NCBI GenBank assembly: GCA_045645145.1
Contig: JAZRIG010000040.1
Span: 4,320-68,319, forward strand
Length of the DNA: 64,000 nt
Reading direction: 5' to 3'
Source: Acutalibacteraceae bacterium
GTDB lineage: Bacteria; Bacillota; Clostridia; Oscillospirales; Acutalibacteraceae
Numbering within the stretch: the first letter of the stretch is position 1; each line of letters opens with the position of its first letter. This document shows, in pieces, positions 10,064 to 19,949 of the stretch. The notes below the pieces were generated by a model that saw nothing but the letters and a program-made list of their open reading frames with translations, did not search any database and was not told the DNA's origin. Position numbers and translations under genes: made by a program.

Positions 10064-10993
10064 ATGTACTTCAAAATAATGCAAAAAATCGTTGCATTTT
10101 TCATTTCTGTTATCGCAATGTTCGGCACTCAAACCCCCGCAGAAGAAATCAAGCCCACCCTGCCCCTTGTCAATGTTAATCCCAACGCCATTGCGCAGCA
10201 AGCCTCAACGCAGGATGTCAGAATTATTACATACAATGTTAAAATAAGCGGCGACAGCTTAAGAGCGGTTGAAAAGAGAATTCCGCTCATTGCCGACGAA
10301 ATCAAAGAATACATGCCCGACTCCTTCGGCTTGCAGGAAGCCGACAAAACATGGGTTGAGGGTGTTGCGGCAGAGCTTGCCGACTATGCTCACGTTGAAA
10401 AATACCGAGAGGACGGCATCGAAAAAGGCGAATCCAGCGCAATTTTCTACCTTAAAGATAAGTATGACCTTGTTGCCAGCGGCCATTTCTGGCTTTCTGA
10501 AACTCCCGACAAGCCCTCTTTCGGATGGGATGCAGCTTGCGAGAGAGTAACTTCATGGGCAATTCTCAAAAACAAAGAAACGGGCTTTACATACGCTCAT
10601 TTCAACACACACCTTGACCATGTGGGCGGCACGGCACAGGCAGAATCTGTCGCCCTTATCACAGCAAAAATCGCTGAAATCGCTCCCGATATTCCTGTTG
10701 TTCTCACAGGTGATTTCAACTTCAGCGAAGGCTGCAGCAACTATAACAATCTGATTTCCTGCGGGCTTAAGGACACAAAATATCTTGCAGAGGAATATGA
10801 TGACCACGCAACATATCACGGCTATCATGTTATTTATCCCTCAACAAAGCCAATTGACTATGTTTTTGTTAACGGTTATGTTTCCACGGTTAAATCCAGC
10901 CGCATTGATTCCGATGCTGTAAGGCACCTTTTGGCATCAGACCACTTCCCCATCATTGTTGAAATGACTCTTTTTAACGGAGGAAACAAATAA
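10064..10993 (+). CDS. EEP family protein 2, hydrophobic N-terminus
   Basis: TYNV, PDSFGLQEA, HFNTHLDH, GDFN, IDYVF, SDH. Confidence 0.9.
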   Translation: MYFKIMQKIVAFFISVIAMFGTQTPAEEIKPTLPLVNVNPNAIAQQASTQDVRIITYNVKISGDSLRAVEKRIPLIADEIKEYMPDSFGLQEADKTWVEGVAAELADYAHVEKYREDGIEKGESSAIFYLKDKYDLVASGHFWLSETPDKPSFGWDAACERVTSWAILKNKETGFTYAHFNTHLDHVGGTAQAESVALITAKIAEIAPDIPVVLTGDFNFSEGCSNYNNLISCGLKDTKYLAEEYDDHATYHGYHVIYPSTKPIDYVFVNGYVSTVKSSRIDSDAVRHLLASDHFPIIVEMTLFNGGNK

Positions 10994-11751
10994 TGTACCG
11001 CGTAATGTCCTTTAACCTGCTGTGTGCAGGCAGAAAACACAGAAAATGGCAAAAAAGAGCTCCGCTTGTTTATCAAATCATCCGCGAAAACAACCCCGAT
11101 TCGTTCGGTGTTCAGGAAGCTCACTGGGAATGGATGAAAAAGCTTATCAAGAATCTGCCTGAATATGCCTATGTCGGTGTTGGCAGAGATGACGGAAAAA
11201 AGAAAGGCGAATTCTCCGCTGTATTCTATAAAAAAGACAAATTCACCGCAAGCGAAAGCGGCAATTTCTGGCTTTCTGAAACACCCGAAAAACCCGGCAA
11301 GGGTTGGGACGCAGCCTGCATCAGAGTTGCAACCTTTGTTAAGCTGACCGATAAAGAAAACGGCAAATCCTATGTTCATTTCAACACTCACCTTGATCAT
11401 GTCGGCAGGCAGGCTCAAATCAACGGAGTTAAAATGATTCAGAAAAAGGCAGCCTCCTTTGGCGGTGTTCCCGTTGTATGCACAGGTGATTTTAATGTTT
11501 TTCAGGATTCGGATTGCTATAACACAATGGTCAGCGGCAATATGTCTGACGCCAGAAAGCTTGCCCCTGATACTGATGACTGCTTCACCTTCCACGGCTT
11601 CAGACCTGAAGAAATCCATGAAATCATTGACTTTGTTTTTGTTGACGAAGCGACCGTTAAACCTGCTAAATTTAAAGTTATCAACAAAATGATAAACGGA
11701 GAATACTATTCGGACCATTTCGCTGTATATTCCGATATTGAAATAGTTTAA
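10993..11751 (+). CDS. EEP family protein 3, cytoplasmic
   Basis: SFNL, PDSFGVQEA, HFNTHLDH, GDFN, SDH; TAATG coupling to the previous gene. Confidence 0.9.
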   Translation: MYRVMSFNLLCAGRKHRKWQKRAPLVYQIIRENNPDSFGVQEAHWEWMKKLIKNLPEYAYVGVGRDDGKKKGEFSAVFYKKDKFTASESGNFWLSETPEKPGKGWDAACIRVATFVKLTDKENGKSYVHFNTHLDHVGRQAQINGVKMIQKKAASFGGVPVVCTGDFNVFQDSDCYNTMVSGNMSDARKLAPDTDDCFTFHGFRPEEIHEIIDFVFVDEATVKPAKFKVINKMINGEYYSDHFAVYSDIEIV

Positions 11752-11807
11752 TTTTTACCATTTTTCACTTTTTGTAACACAATGTGTAACATTTACAACC
11801 AATTTTA

Positions 11808-11836
11808 TTGACACTCTTTAATCTAAATGTTAAAAT
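11808..11836 (+). promoter_or_regulatory. Sigma-A promoter of M28 peptidase gene
   Basis: TTGACA-17 bp-TAAAAT with extended TG. Confidence 0.7.
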
Positions 11837-11867
11837 TTTGTTAATATAATGGCAGGAGGAGAAGTAA

Positions 11868-13109
11868 ATGGAACTTAAAAAGATTATCAATCAAAAAGAC
11901 AAAGCCGCAAAATACATAATCGATGAAATTACTCACGTTATCAAAACCTGCGGCAAAAGAGACCCCGGCTCAGAGGGCGAAAAAAAATCTTGCGAATACA
12001 TGGCAGAGGTTCTTAAAAATGACTGTGGCTGCGAGGATGTTAAAATCGAGGGCTACGAGGTAGCTCCCCGCGCTTTCTACGGTTGGATTTATTTTACTGT
12101 AACCTTTGCAATCCTTGGCGCAATTCTGTTCCCCTTTGCTCCGATTATTTCAATCCCGTTGCTTATTGCGGGTTTTGCAATTGTTCTTATTCAGTTCGGT
12201 GTATACAAAAAACTTCTCGACCCGATTTTCCCCAAGAAAACAAGCCACAATGTGACAGCCATCAAAAAATGCAAGGGTGAAGTTAAAAGAAGAATCATCT
12301 TTAACGGCCATCCCGATGCAACATGGGAGTGGCCTGTCAACTATGCACTCGGAGGAGTCGGCTTTGAAGGCCATGCAATTATTGTTATCGGTGCTGCACT
12401 TTTTTATCTCGTTCTTTCGATTATTTATGTTGCAAAGAACGGAATAACTTTCGGTATGCCTGATACCTCTGATCCGCTTGTTAAGGCAGGTCTTTGGGGA
12501 CTTGTAACCCTCCCCTTCTCAATCGGCCTTTATTTCATGGTCAACTATCGCAGAGTTGTTGACGGCGCAAACGATAATCTTTCCGGTTGCTATATGGGTA
12601 TTGCCGTTCTTAAGTTCCTTAAAGATGAAGGCATTGAGCTTGAAAACACCGAAGTCGGTGTTGTTCTCACCGGTTCTGAAGAAATCGGTCTTCGCGGAGC
12701 AAAAGCTTGGGCAGAAACACACAAGGGTGAATTTGAGGATGTTCCCACCTTCATCTACTCATACGACACTATCAACGAGCCTAAATATCTTATGGTAAAC
12801 TACCGTGACCTCAACGGCACAGTCAAAGCCGATAAAGATGCCTGTGATTTGTTTATGGAAGCGGCAAAAGAAATCGGAATACCCTGCCAAAAAGGCATGG
12901 TTCCTCCCCTCGGAGGCGCAACCGATTCCGCAGGTTTTGCTCAGGGCGGCTTCCGCGCTGCCGGCATTACAGGCCTTAACCACAAGCTTGAACGTTATTA
13001 CCACACAAGACTTGATACATACACAAACATGAACGAACAGGGCCTTGCAAACTGCTTTGCTGCAAGCATTAAAACTCTCGAAATGTTTGATAACGGCGCA
13101 AAACAATAA
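11868..13109 (+). CDS. M28-family metallopeptidase with inserted transmembrane segments
   Basis: NGHPD, GANDNLSG, GSEEIGLRG, GATD, YHTRLD; hydrophobic stretches inserted. Confidence 0.85.
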   Translation: MELKKIINQKDKAAKYIIDEITHVIKTCGKRDPGSEGEKKSCEYMAEVLKNDCGCEDVKIEGYEVAPRAFYGWIYFTVTFAILGAILFPFAPIISIPLLIAGFAIVLIQFGVYKKLLDPIFPKKTSHNVTAIKKCKGEVKRRIIFNGHPDATWEWPVNYALGGVGFEGHAIIVIGAALFYLVLSIIYVAKNGITFGMPDTSDPLVKAGLWGLVTLPFSIGLYFMVNYRRVVDGANDNLSGCYMGIAVLKFLKDEGIELENTEVGVVLTGSEEIGLRGAKAWAETHKGEFEDVPTFIYSYDTINEPKYLMVNYRDLNGTVKADKDACDLFMEAAKEIGIPCQKGMVPPLGGATDSAGFAQGGFRAAGITGLNHKLERYYHTRLDTYTNMNEQGLANCFAASIKTLEMFDNGAKQ

Positions 13110-13118
13110 CAAACTATT

Positions 13119-13151
13119 GGGCAAAGATTACAAATCTTTGCCCTTTATTTT
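13119..13151 (+). terminator. Rho-independent terminator
   Basis: GGGCAAAGATT-aca-AATCTTTGCCC followed by TTTATTTTT. Confidence 0.8.
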
Positions 13152-13165
13152 TACAAAACAAGCAA

Positions 13166-13194
13166 TTGATTTCAAAATTTTATATTGTTATAAT
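13166..13194 (+). promoter_or_regulatory. Sigma-A promoter of PHP-domain gene
   Basis: TTGATT-17 bp-TATAAT with extended TG. Confidence 0.65.
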
Positions 13195-13223
13195 TATTTT
13201 AATATTATCAAGGAGATGATGTT

Positions 13224-14738
13224 ATGAAAAAAGTTAAAAAGCTCGTTGCTTTGCTGCTTGCAGTCATCATGGCATTCGGCGCTTCCCCCGCCTTTGCTGC
13301 TGAAAATGCCGTCACCGCAGCAAAAAAGAATTACATTATTGACAGCCCCTATGAAGATATTGACTGGGATGCTTGGGAGGATTACAAAACCCAGCTTCAT
13401 TGCCACACAACCGCCAGCGACGGCTTCCTCACAATTGAGGAATTCTGTGAAATGCACTACGCTCTTGATTTTGAAATTGTTGCTCTTACTGACCACGGCA
13501 CTCTCAACAGAGGCTGGAATGTTGTGCCTGAAACAGTTCCTCTTATGCGTTTAATCAAAAAAGAGCGCACAAAGATGGCTGATATCGTTCCTATCCCTGA
13601 AGATGAATATAAGGCTTATCTCAACGGCACACACACAGGCAGAAGCTTTCTTACTTCTGCAGGCGATACCCTCACACGCACAACTGAAAACGGTATGCTT
13701 GACGTTCCCCTCGGCATTGAGCTTAACATGGCAACACCCGTTGCTGACTGCCATCTGACAGGCTATTGGGCTGAATACGGTCAGGGCCTTGCAGGCGTTT
13801 TCGGCGACTACGAAACCCCTTCTAAAGGTGTTAAGGAAGCCGGCGGAATATCGTTCCTTTCACACGTTGGTGAATATGTTTATACCGACAAGGATTCGGA
13901 AAAATACGTCGGACAAAAAGTTGATGAATATTATGTTAACAAGTTCGCACGTCTTTTCCTTGACAATGCAGGTTCTTCTCTTGGAATGGGTATCAACAGT
14001 GCAACTGATGCACATACCCGCTGCGACAGAATCCTTTATGACCAGATTCTTCAAAAAACCATTCCCTACGGCGTTGTTCCCTGGGGCAACACTTTCGCGG
14101 ATTCCCACAGCGAAACCTCTATTAACGATGCCTATACCATGAGCTGGATGCCCAAACTCACTATTGACGATTTCCGTAAATGCCTTGAAAAAGGTCAATT
14201 CTTCTCAATCTCTCATTTCTCCAACGGCGTTGAGCTTAACGGAATGAAAGAAATGCCCGGATTTGTTGAGCAGGATGTTTATGATACCAAAGCTTACTGG
14301 CTTGACAATACTCCCAATGTTACAAGAATGGACATTGACCAGGATGCCGACACCATCACCGTTGAAGGTATAAATGCAAATATTATCACATGGGTTTCAA
14401 ACGGCGAAGTTATCAAGAGAGAAAGCTTTGAAAACGGCAAAGCAACACTTGACCTTCACAATGACGAATTCCTTGCCGAACCTTATATGTATGTCAGATT
14501 CTATCTCTCCGGAGATAACGGCATCTGCTATTCACAGCCCCTTGTTCTCAACGTTGAAGGTGAAACCTTTGAAAAGGTTGAAGTTCCTGAAACTCACGAT
14601 ATTTCAACATTCCTTCGCGGACTTGTAACCGTTGTTGACGCATTTTTCTTCAGAATTAATCCGATTATCTGGATATTCAAATACTTTGCTTTGGGTTATA
14701 ACCCCATCACTTTAGAACGTCTTTTCAAGCCGTTCTAA
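13224..14738 (+). CDS. Secreted PHP-domain (polymerase/histidinol phosphatase-like) metallohydrolase
   Basis: Sec signal ending AFA-A; HCHTTASDG, LTDH, DSH metal motifs; hydrophobic C-terminus. Confidence 0.75.
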   Translation: MKKVKKLVALLLAVIMAFGASPAFAAENAVTAAKKNYIIDSPYEDIDWDAWEDYKTQLHCHTTASDGFLTIEEFCEMHYALDFEIVALTDHGTLNRGWNVVPETVPLMRLIKKERTKMADIVPIPEDEYKAYLNGTHTGRSFLTSAGDTLTRTTENGMLDVPLGIELNMATPVADCHLTGYWAEYGQGLAGVFGDYETPSKGVKEAGGISFLSHVGEYVYTDKDSEKYVGQKVDEYYVNKFARLFLDNAGSSLGMGINSATDAHTRCDRILYDQILQKTIPYGVVPWGNTFADSHSETSINDAYTMSWMPKLTIDDFRKCLEKGQFFSISHFSNGVELNGMKEMPGFVEQDVYDTKAYWLDNTPNVTRMDIDQDADTITVEGINANIITWVSNGEVIKRESFENGKATLDLHNDEFLAEPYMYVRFYLSGDNGICYSQPLVLNVEGETFEKVEVPETHDISTFLRGLVTVVDAFFFRINPIIWIFKYFALGYNPITLERLFKPF

Positions 14739-14749
14739 ATTTTAAGAAA

Positions 14750-14777
14750 AACGGGTGTGCCGCTTGGCACACCCGTT
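14750..14777. terminator. Bidirectional terminator between PHP gene and potD
   Basis: AACGGGTGTGCC-gctt-GGCACACCCGTT perfect 12-bp stem between convergent genes. Confidence 0.85.
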
Positions 14778-14793
14778 AATTTCATGTTAAATA

Positions 14794-16062
14794 TTATACA
14801 CTTTCTCTGTATTTTTTTCTTGCATATCTGAAAACGATGTAAGCAACGCAGATTGCAGCAAAAATGCCGATATAAAGCGCATATTTTCTGGCTTCCGGAG
14901 TCATTTCCTCTCCGTCATCAGAAACCGCCTGTGAGTCCTCTCCGCCAAAGAAAAACGCATAATTGCTTGAGCCGGAAGAGGGAACATGGTTCTTGACATC
15001 ATCCCAGAGAGAACTCATAAGAGAAAGAATCTCGGGGTCAAGATTAAGGAAAAGCTGGGTTTTGAATTTACCTTCTTCGGGATAAAGAATTTCATCCTGA
15101 TAGAAAGAATATTCGGGATTCTGATAAACTTCGGTATGCGGGCTTGCGTAGCAGATATATTCCGCATTTGCAAGAGCCACATCAGGCTCCAGAAGGAAAT
15201 CGATATAAAGCTCTGCCGCCAGCTTATTCTTTGCGCCCTTAAGAATGCACGCACCGTCAACAAAGAAGTTAACGCCTTCCTTGGGATAAACAAAAGCAAG
15301 GTCAGGATTGTTTTCCTGCATGGTAAGGAAATCGCCTGCATAATAAGGGGCAAGGGCTGCTTCACCCGATTCCATTTTAAGGAATATTTCGTCATTTACA
15401 TAAGCCGGATTAACATTTTTCTGCTCCTTAAGAAGCTCGGAAGCAACTCTCCATGAAGCCGGCGACTCATTGTTGAAGTCCATACCGAGAACGCTTTGAG
15501 CAATCGCAAAAGCATCTCTCGGATTGTTAATCATAAGAATGCTTCCCTTATAATTCTCATCCCAGAGTGCAGTCCAGCTGTCGGGAGTCTTATCAACCAT
15601 TTTTGTGTTGTAAATAAGGCCTACCATACCGACTGTATAAGGCACGGAATATATATTTTGAGGGTCATGGGCAAGATTCTTATACTGATTCGGAATATAT
15701 TTATAATTCGGAATGTTTGAAAAATCAATGGGCTGAAGCATATCTTCCGCAATCATGCGCTCAATCATATAATCCGACGGAATAACAACATCATAGGAAA
15801 CTCCGCCGCTCTTTAATTTTGAATACATTACCTCGTTATTATCATAGGTGTCATAAACAACATCTATGCCGTATTTTTCCTCAAATGCGGCATTAACATC
15901 CAGAGTGCCGTCAGCGCCGTCAGAAATGTATTCGCCCCAGTTATAAACATAGAGTGTTGTTCCTCTGAGGGCATCTGTCTCACTCTGCTCTGCGGCAAAA
16001 GCAAAGGCACAGGGCATAAGAGCGATTGCGAGCGCCAAAAGCGCACAAACTGTTTTTTTCAA
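14794..16062 (-). CDS. potD: Spermidine/putrescine ABC transporter substrate-binding protein with C-terminal TM anchor
   Basis: LYVYNWGEYI, PSDYM, YAGD, PKEG; last gene of pot operon; TTG start. Confidence 0.9.
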   Translation of the reverse strand: MKKTVCALLALAIALMPCAFAFAAEQSETDALRGTTLYVYNWGEYISDGADGTLDVNAAFEEKYGIDVVYDTYDNNEVMYSKLKSGGVSYDVVIPSDYMIERMIAEDMLQPIDFSNIPNYKYIPNQYKNLAHDPQNIYSVPYTVGMVGLIYNTKMVDKTPDSWTALWDENYKGSILMINNPRDAFAIAQSVLGMDFNNESPASWRVASELLKEQKNVNPAYVNDEIFLKMESGEAALAPYYAGDFLTMQENNPDLAFVYPKEGVNFFVDGACILKGAKNKLAAELYIDFLLEPDVALANAEYICYASPHTEVYQNPEYSFYQDEILYPEEGKFKTQLFLNLDPEILSLMSSLWDDVKNHVPSSGSSNYAFFFGGEDSQAVSDDGEEMTPEARKYALYIGIFAAICVAYIVFRYARKKYRESV

Positions 16063-16090
16063 TAAAAGTCACTCCTTGTGGAAAAACTTT

Positions 16091-16894
16091 TCATTTTTTC
16101 TTTGACTTTTGTTCGCTCTTAACCTGAGCAATATTATAGAGAATAAGCAGCAAAAGAATGCTTACAAAAATCAAAGCCGAAAGTGCATACATATCAGGCT
16201 TGACCCTCTTTTTAGTCATTGAAAAAATAGCAATGGGAAGAGTCTGGAAGCCGGGTCCGCTGGTAAAATAGCTGATAATAAAATCATCCAGCGAAAGAGT
16301 GAACGCCGTAATCATACCCGTTATTATGCCGGGCATAATGGATGGCAAAACCACCTTGAAGAACGCCATGGCCGGCTTGCAGCCGAGATCCTGCGCCGCT
16401 TCGGCAAGGTTTCTGTCCGTTTGGCGAAGCTTGGGTAAAACATTAAGAATTATATAAGGCAAATTGAATGTAACATGAGCGATAAGCAAGGTGCCAAAGC
16501 CCAGAACCGCATCAATATTAACAAGCCTGCCGACGAAAACGAACAAGAGCATCATGGAAATACCGGTAACAATTTCGGGGTTCATCATCGGGATATTCGT
16601 AACCGCCATAATGCTTGAACGGGCAATGCCTTTTTTGTATCTGTCAATTCCGACTGCCGCTGCTGTGCCGAGCACAGTTGCAATCAGCGAAGAACTGACC
16701 GCAAGGATAAGCGTATTATAAAGCGCTCTGAGAGTGGCTTCATCTTCAAGCAAAACCTTATACCACTCAAGCGAAAAGCCCGAAAAAACGCTTGTGCTGC
16801 TGGTTGAATTGAACGAAAAAACTATCATGACGATAATCGGCGCATAGAGGAACGCAAAAACAAGGGCGGTATAGATTTTTGAAGCAATTTTCAT
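16091..16894 (-). CDS. potC: Spermidine/putrescine ABC permease
   Basis: FLYAPI..MIVFSFN, EAAQDLG, SLDDF. Confidence 0.9.
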   Translation of the reverse strand: MKIASKIYTALVFAFLYAPIIVMIVFSFNSTSSTSVFSGFSLEWYKVLLEDEATLRALYNTLILAVSSSLIATVLGTAAAVGIDRYKKGIARSSIMAVTNIPMMNPEIVTGISMMLLFVFVGRLVNIDAVLGFGTLLIAHVTFNLPYIILNVLPKLRQTDRNLAEAAQDLGCKPAMAFFKVVLPSIMPGIITGMITAFTLSLDDFIISYFTSGPGFQTLPIAIFSMTKKRVKPDMYALSALIFVSILLLLILYNIAQVKSEQKSKKK

Positions 16895-17715
16895 ATAACC
16901 ATACCCTCCTCATCGCCCGAAAAGCGGTTCATAACCGCCATGCAGATAAGAATAAGAACCATCAAAACAAGCGAAAGAGATGCACCGAGATTATAGTTAT
17001 AGCTCTGCTGGAACTGCCTCTCAATAACATCACCTATCAAATCGAAGGAACCGCCGCCAAGCTTCTGGGAAATATAAAATGTGCTTACTGACGGAACAAA
17101 AACCATTGTGATACCCGAAACGATGCCCGGCATGCTCATGGGGATTATGCATTTTCTGATAACGGTCAGCCTGTTGCCGCCTAAATCCTGGCAAGCTTCA
17201 ACCATGCTGCGGTCAAGCTTTGCCATAACGGAATAAATTGGCATAATCATATAGGGCAAAAAGTTATAAACCATGCCCAGAATAACCGCGCCCGAAGTGT
17301 TTATCATGTGAATCGGGTCAATTCCGAGCTTGCCGAGAAAGCTGTTGATAATGCCTGTGTCCTGCAAAAGCGCCATCCATGAATAAGTTCGGATAAGAAA
17401 GCTCATCCACATCGGCAGCATAACAAGCATAACAAGCGTTCGCTGAACCTTTTCTGTTTTCTGCGAAATAATATACGCAATCGGAAAAGCAATCAAAAGG
17501 CATATAACCGTTGCAACAATTCCGAACCATATTGAACGCAGAAAAGTGGGGGTATATTTGCTCAGAGCCTCAATATTTTCAAAAGTGAAGCTGCCCGAAG
17601 CATCAGTGAACGAATAATAAACAACAAAAATCAGCGGCGCAACAATAAAAAGCACCGACCAAACAACATAAGGTGAGGCAACGAGCTTTGATTTTAAAGA
17701 AGAACGGCTGCTCAT
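16891..17715 (-). CDS. potB: Spermidine/putrescine ABC permease
   Basis: [31 protein letters not shown]. Confidence 0.9.
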   Translation of the reverse strand: MSSRSSLKSKLVASPYVVWSVLFIVAPLIFVVYYSFTDASGSFTFENIEALSKYTPTFLRSIWFGIVATVICLLIAFPIAYIISQKTEKVQRTLVMLVMLPMWMSFLIRTYSWMALLQDTGIINSFLGKLGIDPIHMINTSGAVILGMVYNFLPYMIMPIYSVMAKLDRSMVEACQDLGGNRLTVIRKCIIPMSMPGIVSGITMVFVPSVSTFYISQKLGGGSFDLIGDVIERQFQQSYNYNLGASLSLVLMVLILICMAVMNRFSGDEEGMVI

Positions 17716-18836
17716 TCCTCCACCTCCTCCTCGGCATTGGAAAGTTCATCAAACTCCTCGCTGAAAGAGCTGTAGTCTCCGTAAATACCCGAATACTCGG
17801 ATTTTTTCATTATGTGAATAGCATCGGGTTCAATAAACAGGCCGATTTTGGCACCTTCCGGCTGATAATCGGTTGTTTGAATCATCCATTTGAATCCGCC
17901 GATGTCAACAATAATTTCAAAGTGAACACCCTTAAAGGTCACGGAAGTAACAACGCCGCAAAGCATGCCGTTTTCAGGCGCAACAACGTCAACGTCCTCA
18001 GGGCGCACAACAACATCAACCGCCTCATTTTTGCCGAAGCCCTTATCAAGGCACTCAAAACGGTGGCCTGAAAAATCAACAAGGCAGTCATCAATCATAA
18101 TGCCGTCAAGAATATTGCTTTCACCAATAAAATCGGCAACAAAAGCGTTTTTAGGCTCATTATATATATCAAGAGGTGTTCCGATTTGCTGAATAACGCC
18201 GCCGTCCATAACAACAACGGTGTCAGACATTGAAAGAGCCTCTTCCTGGTCATGGGTAACATATATAAACGTTATTCCGAGCCTTTGCTGAATATTTTTA
18301 AGCTCAATCTGCATATCCTTGCGAAGCTTTAAATCAAGAGCGCCGAGAGGCTCATCAAGCAACAAAACTCTGGGTTTAACAGCCAAAGCCCTTGCAATTG
18401 CAACGCGCTGCTGCTGACCGCCTGAAAGAGAATTTATGTTGCGTTTATTAAAGCCCGTCAGATTAACAAGAGCGAGCATTTCTTCAACAGTTTCTTTTAT
18501 CTGCTTTTCGGGAACCTTTTTAATTCTTAATCCGAAAGCAACGTTCTCATAAACGTTGAGATGAGGAAAAAGTGCATAACGCTGAAAAATAGTGTTAACC
18601 TGCCTTTTATGAGGAGGAACACTATTAATCTTCTTTCCCTCAAAAATAACCTCACCTTCGTCGGGTTCAATAAAGCCGGCGATGATTCTGAGCGTTGTGG
18701 TTTTGCCGCAGCCCGAGGGACCGAGAAAGGTTATGAACTCCTTATCGCGAATGTAGAGGTTTAGATTTTTAAGAACCTGATTATTTCCGAAAGCAACGGA
18801 AATATTTTTTAAATCAATTATCGCATTTTTTTCCAA
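17712..18836 (-). CDS. potA: Spermidine/putrescine ABC ATP-binding protein
   Basis: [30 protein letters not shown]-terminal TOBE-like region. Confidence 0.93.
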   Translation of the reverse strand: MEKNAIIDLKNISVAFGNNQVLKNLNLYIRDKEFITFLGPSGCGKTTTLRIIAGFIEPDEGEVIFEGKKINSVPPHKRQVNTIFQRYALFPHLNVYENVAFGLRIKKVPEKQIKETVEEMLALVNLTGFNKRNINSLSGGQQQRVAIARALAVKPRVLLLDEPLGALDLKLRKDMQIELKNIQQRLGITFIYVTHDQEEALSMSDTVVVMDGGVIQQIGTPLDIYNEPKNAFVADFIGESNILDGIMIDDCLVDFSGHRFECLDKGFGKNEAVDVVVRPEDVDVVAPENGMLCGVVTSVTFKGVHFEIIVDIGGFKWMIQTTDYQPEGAKIGLFIEPDAIHIMKKSEYSGIYGDYSSFSEEFDELSNAEEEVEE

Positions 18837-19076
18837 TTATGCAGCCCCTCTCTGCCTTTAACGCAGTAACCTGCGAAACGGCTTATTATATAAGATAAAA
18901 TATAGAGCAAAAACTTGCAAATGTCAACAATTTTTTTAACAAATTCGTGAAAATCCTGTTTCGGTCAGGATTTTTCAAATAATTTGCTTTGATTTTCTCT
19001 CGAATGCTCTGATTTACTCTGATTTCCTCATTTTTTTATTTTTTGTTCCAAGTTGATGAATTTATAATAAAAAACA

Positions 19077-19106
19077 GGATAACCCCGTTTCTTTCAGGCA
19101 ATACTG
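19077..19106 (+). promoter_or_regulatory. Candidate sigma-F/G-type forespore promoter of sigG
   Basis: GGATA-15 bp-GGCAATACTG, resembling the GYATA-N15-GGnnAnAHTR consensus. Confidence 0.55.
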
Positions 19107-19137
19107 TTATTGCCATTAAATGTATCGGGGTGATTTT

Positions 19138-19914
19138 TTGCAATTCAACAAGGTTGAAATCTGCGGAGTTAACACATCGAAATTAAAAATTCTTAAAGAA
19201 AGCGAAAAAATGGAGCTGCTTAAAAAGGCGCGTGCAGGCGATAAAAAAGCCCGCGATGAGCTTGTGACGGGTAATTTGCGGCTTGTTTTGAGCGTTATCC
19301 AGCGTTTTTCAAACAGAGGTGAAAATCCTGACGACCTTTTTCAGGTTGGCTGCATAGGGCTTATAAAAGCCATTGACAACTTTGATTTGAGCCTTGACGT
19401 GCGGTTCAGCACCTATGCCTGCCCTATGATTATAGGCGAAGTAAGGCGGCACCTGCGCGACAATAATCCGGTCAGGGTCAGCCGTTCCGTAAGGGACACG
19501 GCATATCATGCAATGCAGGTAAGAGAACGGCTCATAAACGAGCTTGAGCGAGACCCTACTCCCGAAGAAATTGCTCAAGAGCTTGGAATTGACAAAGAAA
19601 GCGTAGTTATAGCGCTTGATGCAATTGTTGAGCCAATTTCGTTGAACGATCCGGTTTATTCCGACGGCGGTGACACAATTTATGTTATGGACCAAATCGG
19701 CGACGCAGAAACGGATGAAAGCTGGCTTGAAGAAATACTTTTGAAACAAGCAATAAAAGACCTGAATCCGAGAGAGAAAAAAATCCTGTTTCTTCGTTTT
19801 ATGCAGGGCAAAACGCAAATGGAAGTTGCGAACGAGATCGGAATTTCTCAAGCTCAAGTTTCAAGGCTTGAAAAAGGAGCAATAAAGCGCATAAAAGAGA
19901 ATAACAAAGCATAA
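19138..19914 (+). CDS. sigG: RNA polymerase sporulation sigma factor SigG
   Basis: NKVEICGVNTSKL N-terminus, DDLFQVGCIGL, GKTQMEVA.EIGISQAQVSRLEK; TTG at 19138 after GGGGTGA. Confidence 0.92.
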   Translation: MQFNKVEICGVNTSKLKILKESEKMELLKKARAGDKKARDELVTGNLRLVLSVIQRFSNRGENPDDLFQVGCIGLIKAIDNFDLSLDVRFSTYACPMIIGEVRRHLRDNNPVRVSRSVRDTAYHAMQVRERLINELERDPTPEEIAQELGIDKESVVIALDAIVEPISLNDPVYSDGGDTIYVMDQIGDAETDESWLEEILLKQAIKDLNPREKKILFLRFMQGKTQMEVANEIGISQAQVSRLEKGAIKRIKENNKA

Positions 19915-19947
19915 AAAAAGCGGAGCGACCTGTGATCGCTCCGTTTT
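19914..19947. terminator. Bidirectional terminator
   Basis: AAAAAAGCGGAGCGA...TCGCTCCGTTTT between convergent sigG and metallophosphoesterase. Confidence 0.8.
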
Positions 19948-19949
19948 CA

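Noticed and set aside
10876-11718. 280-aa minus-strand ORF and the many other short overlapping ORFs in the track
   Set aside because: Antisense or frame shadows of well-supported genes with no recognisable motifs.
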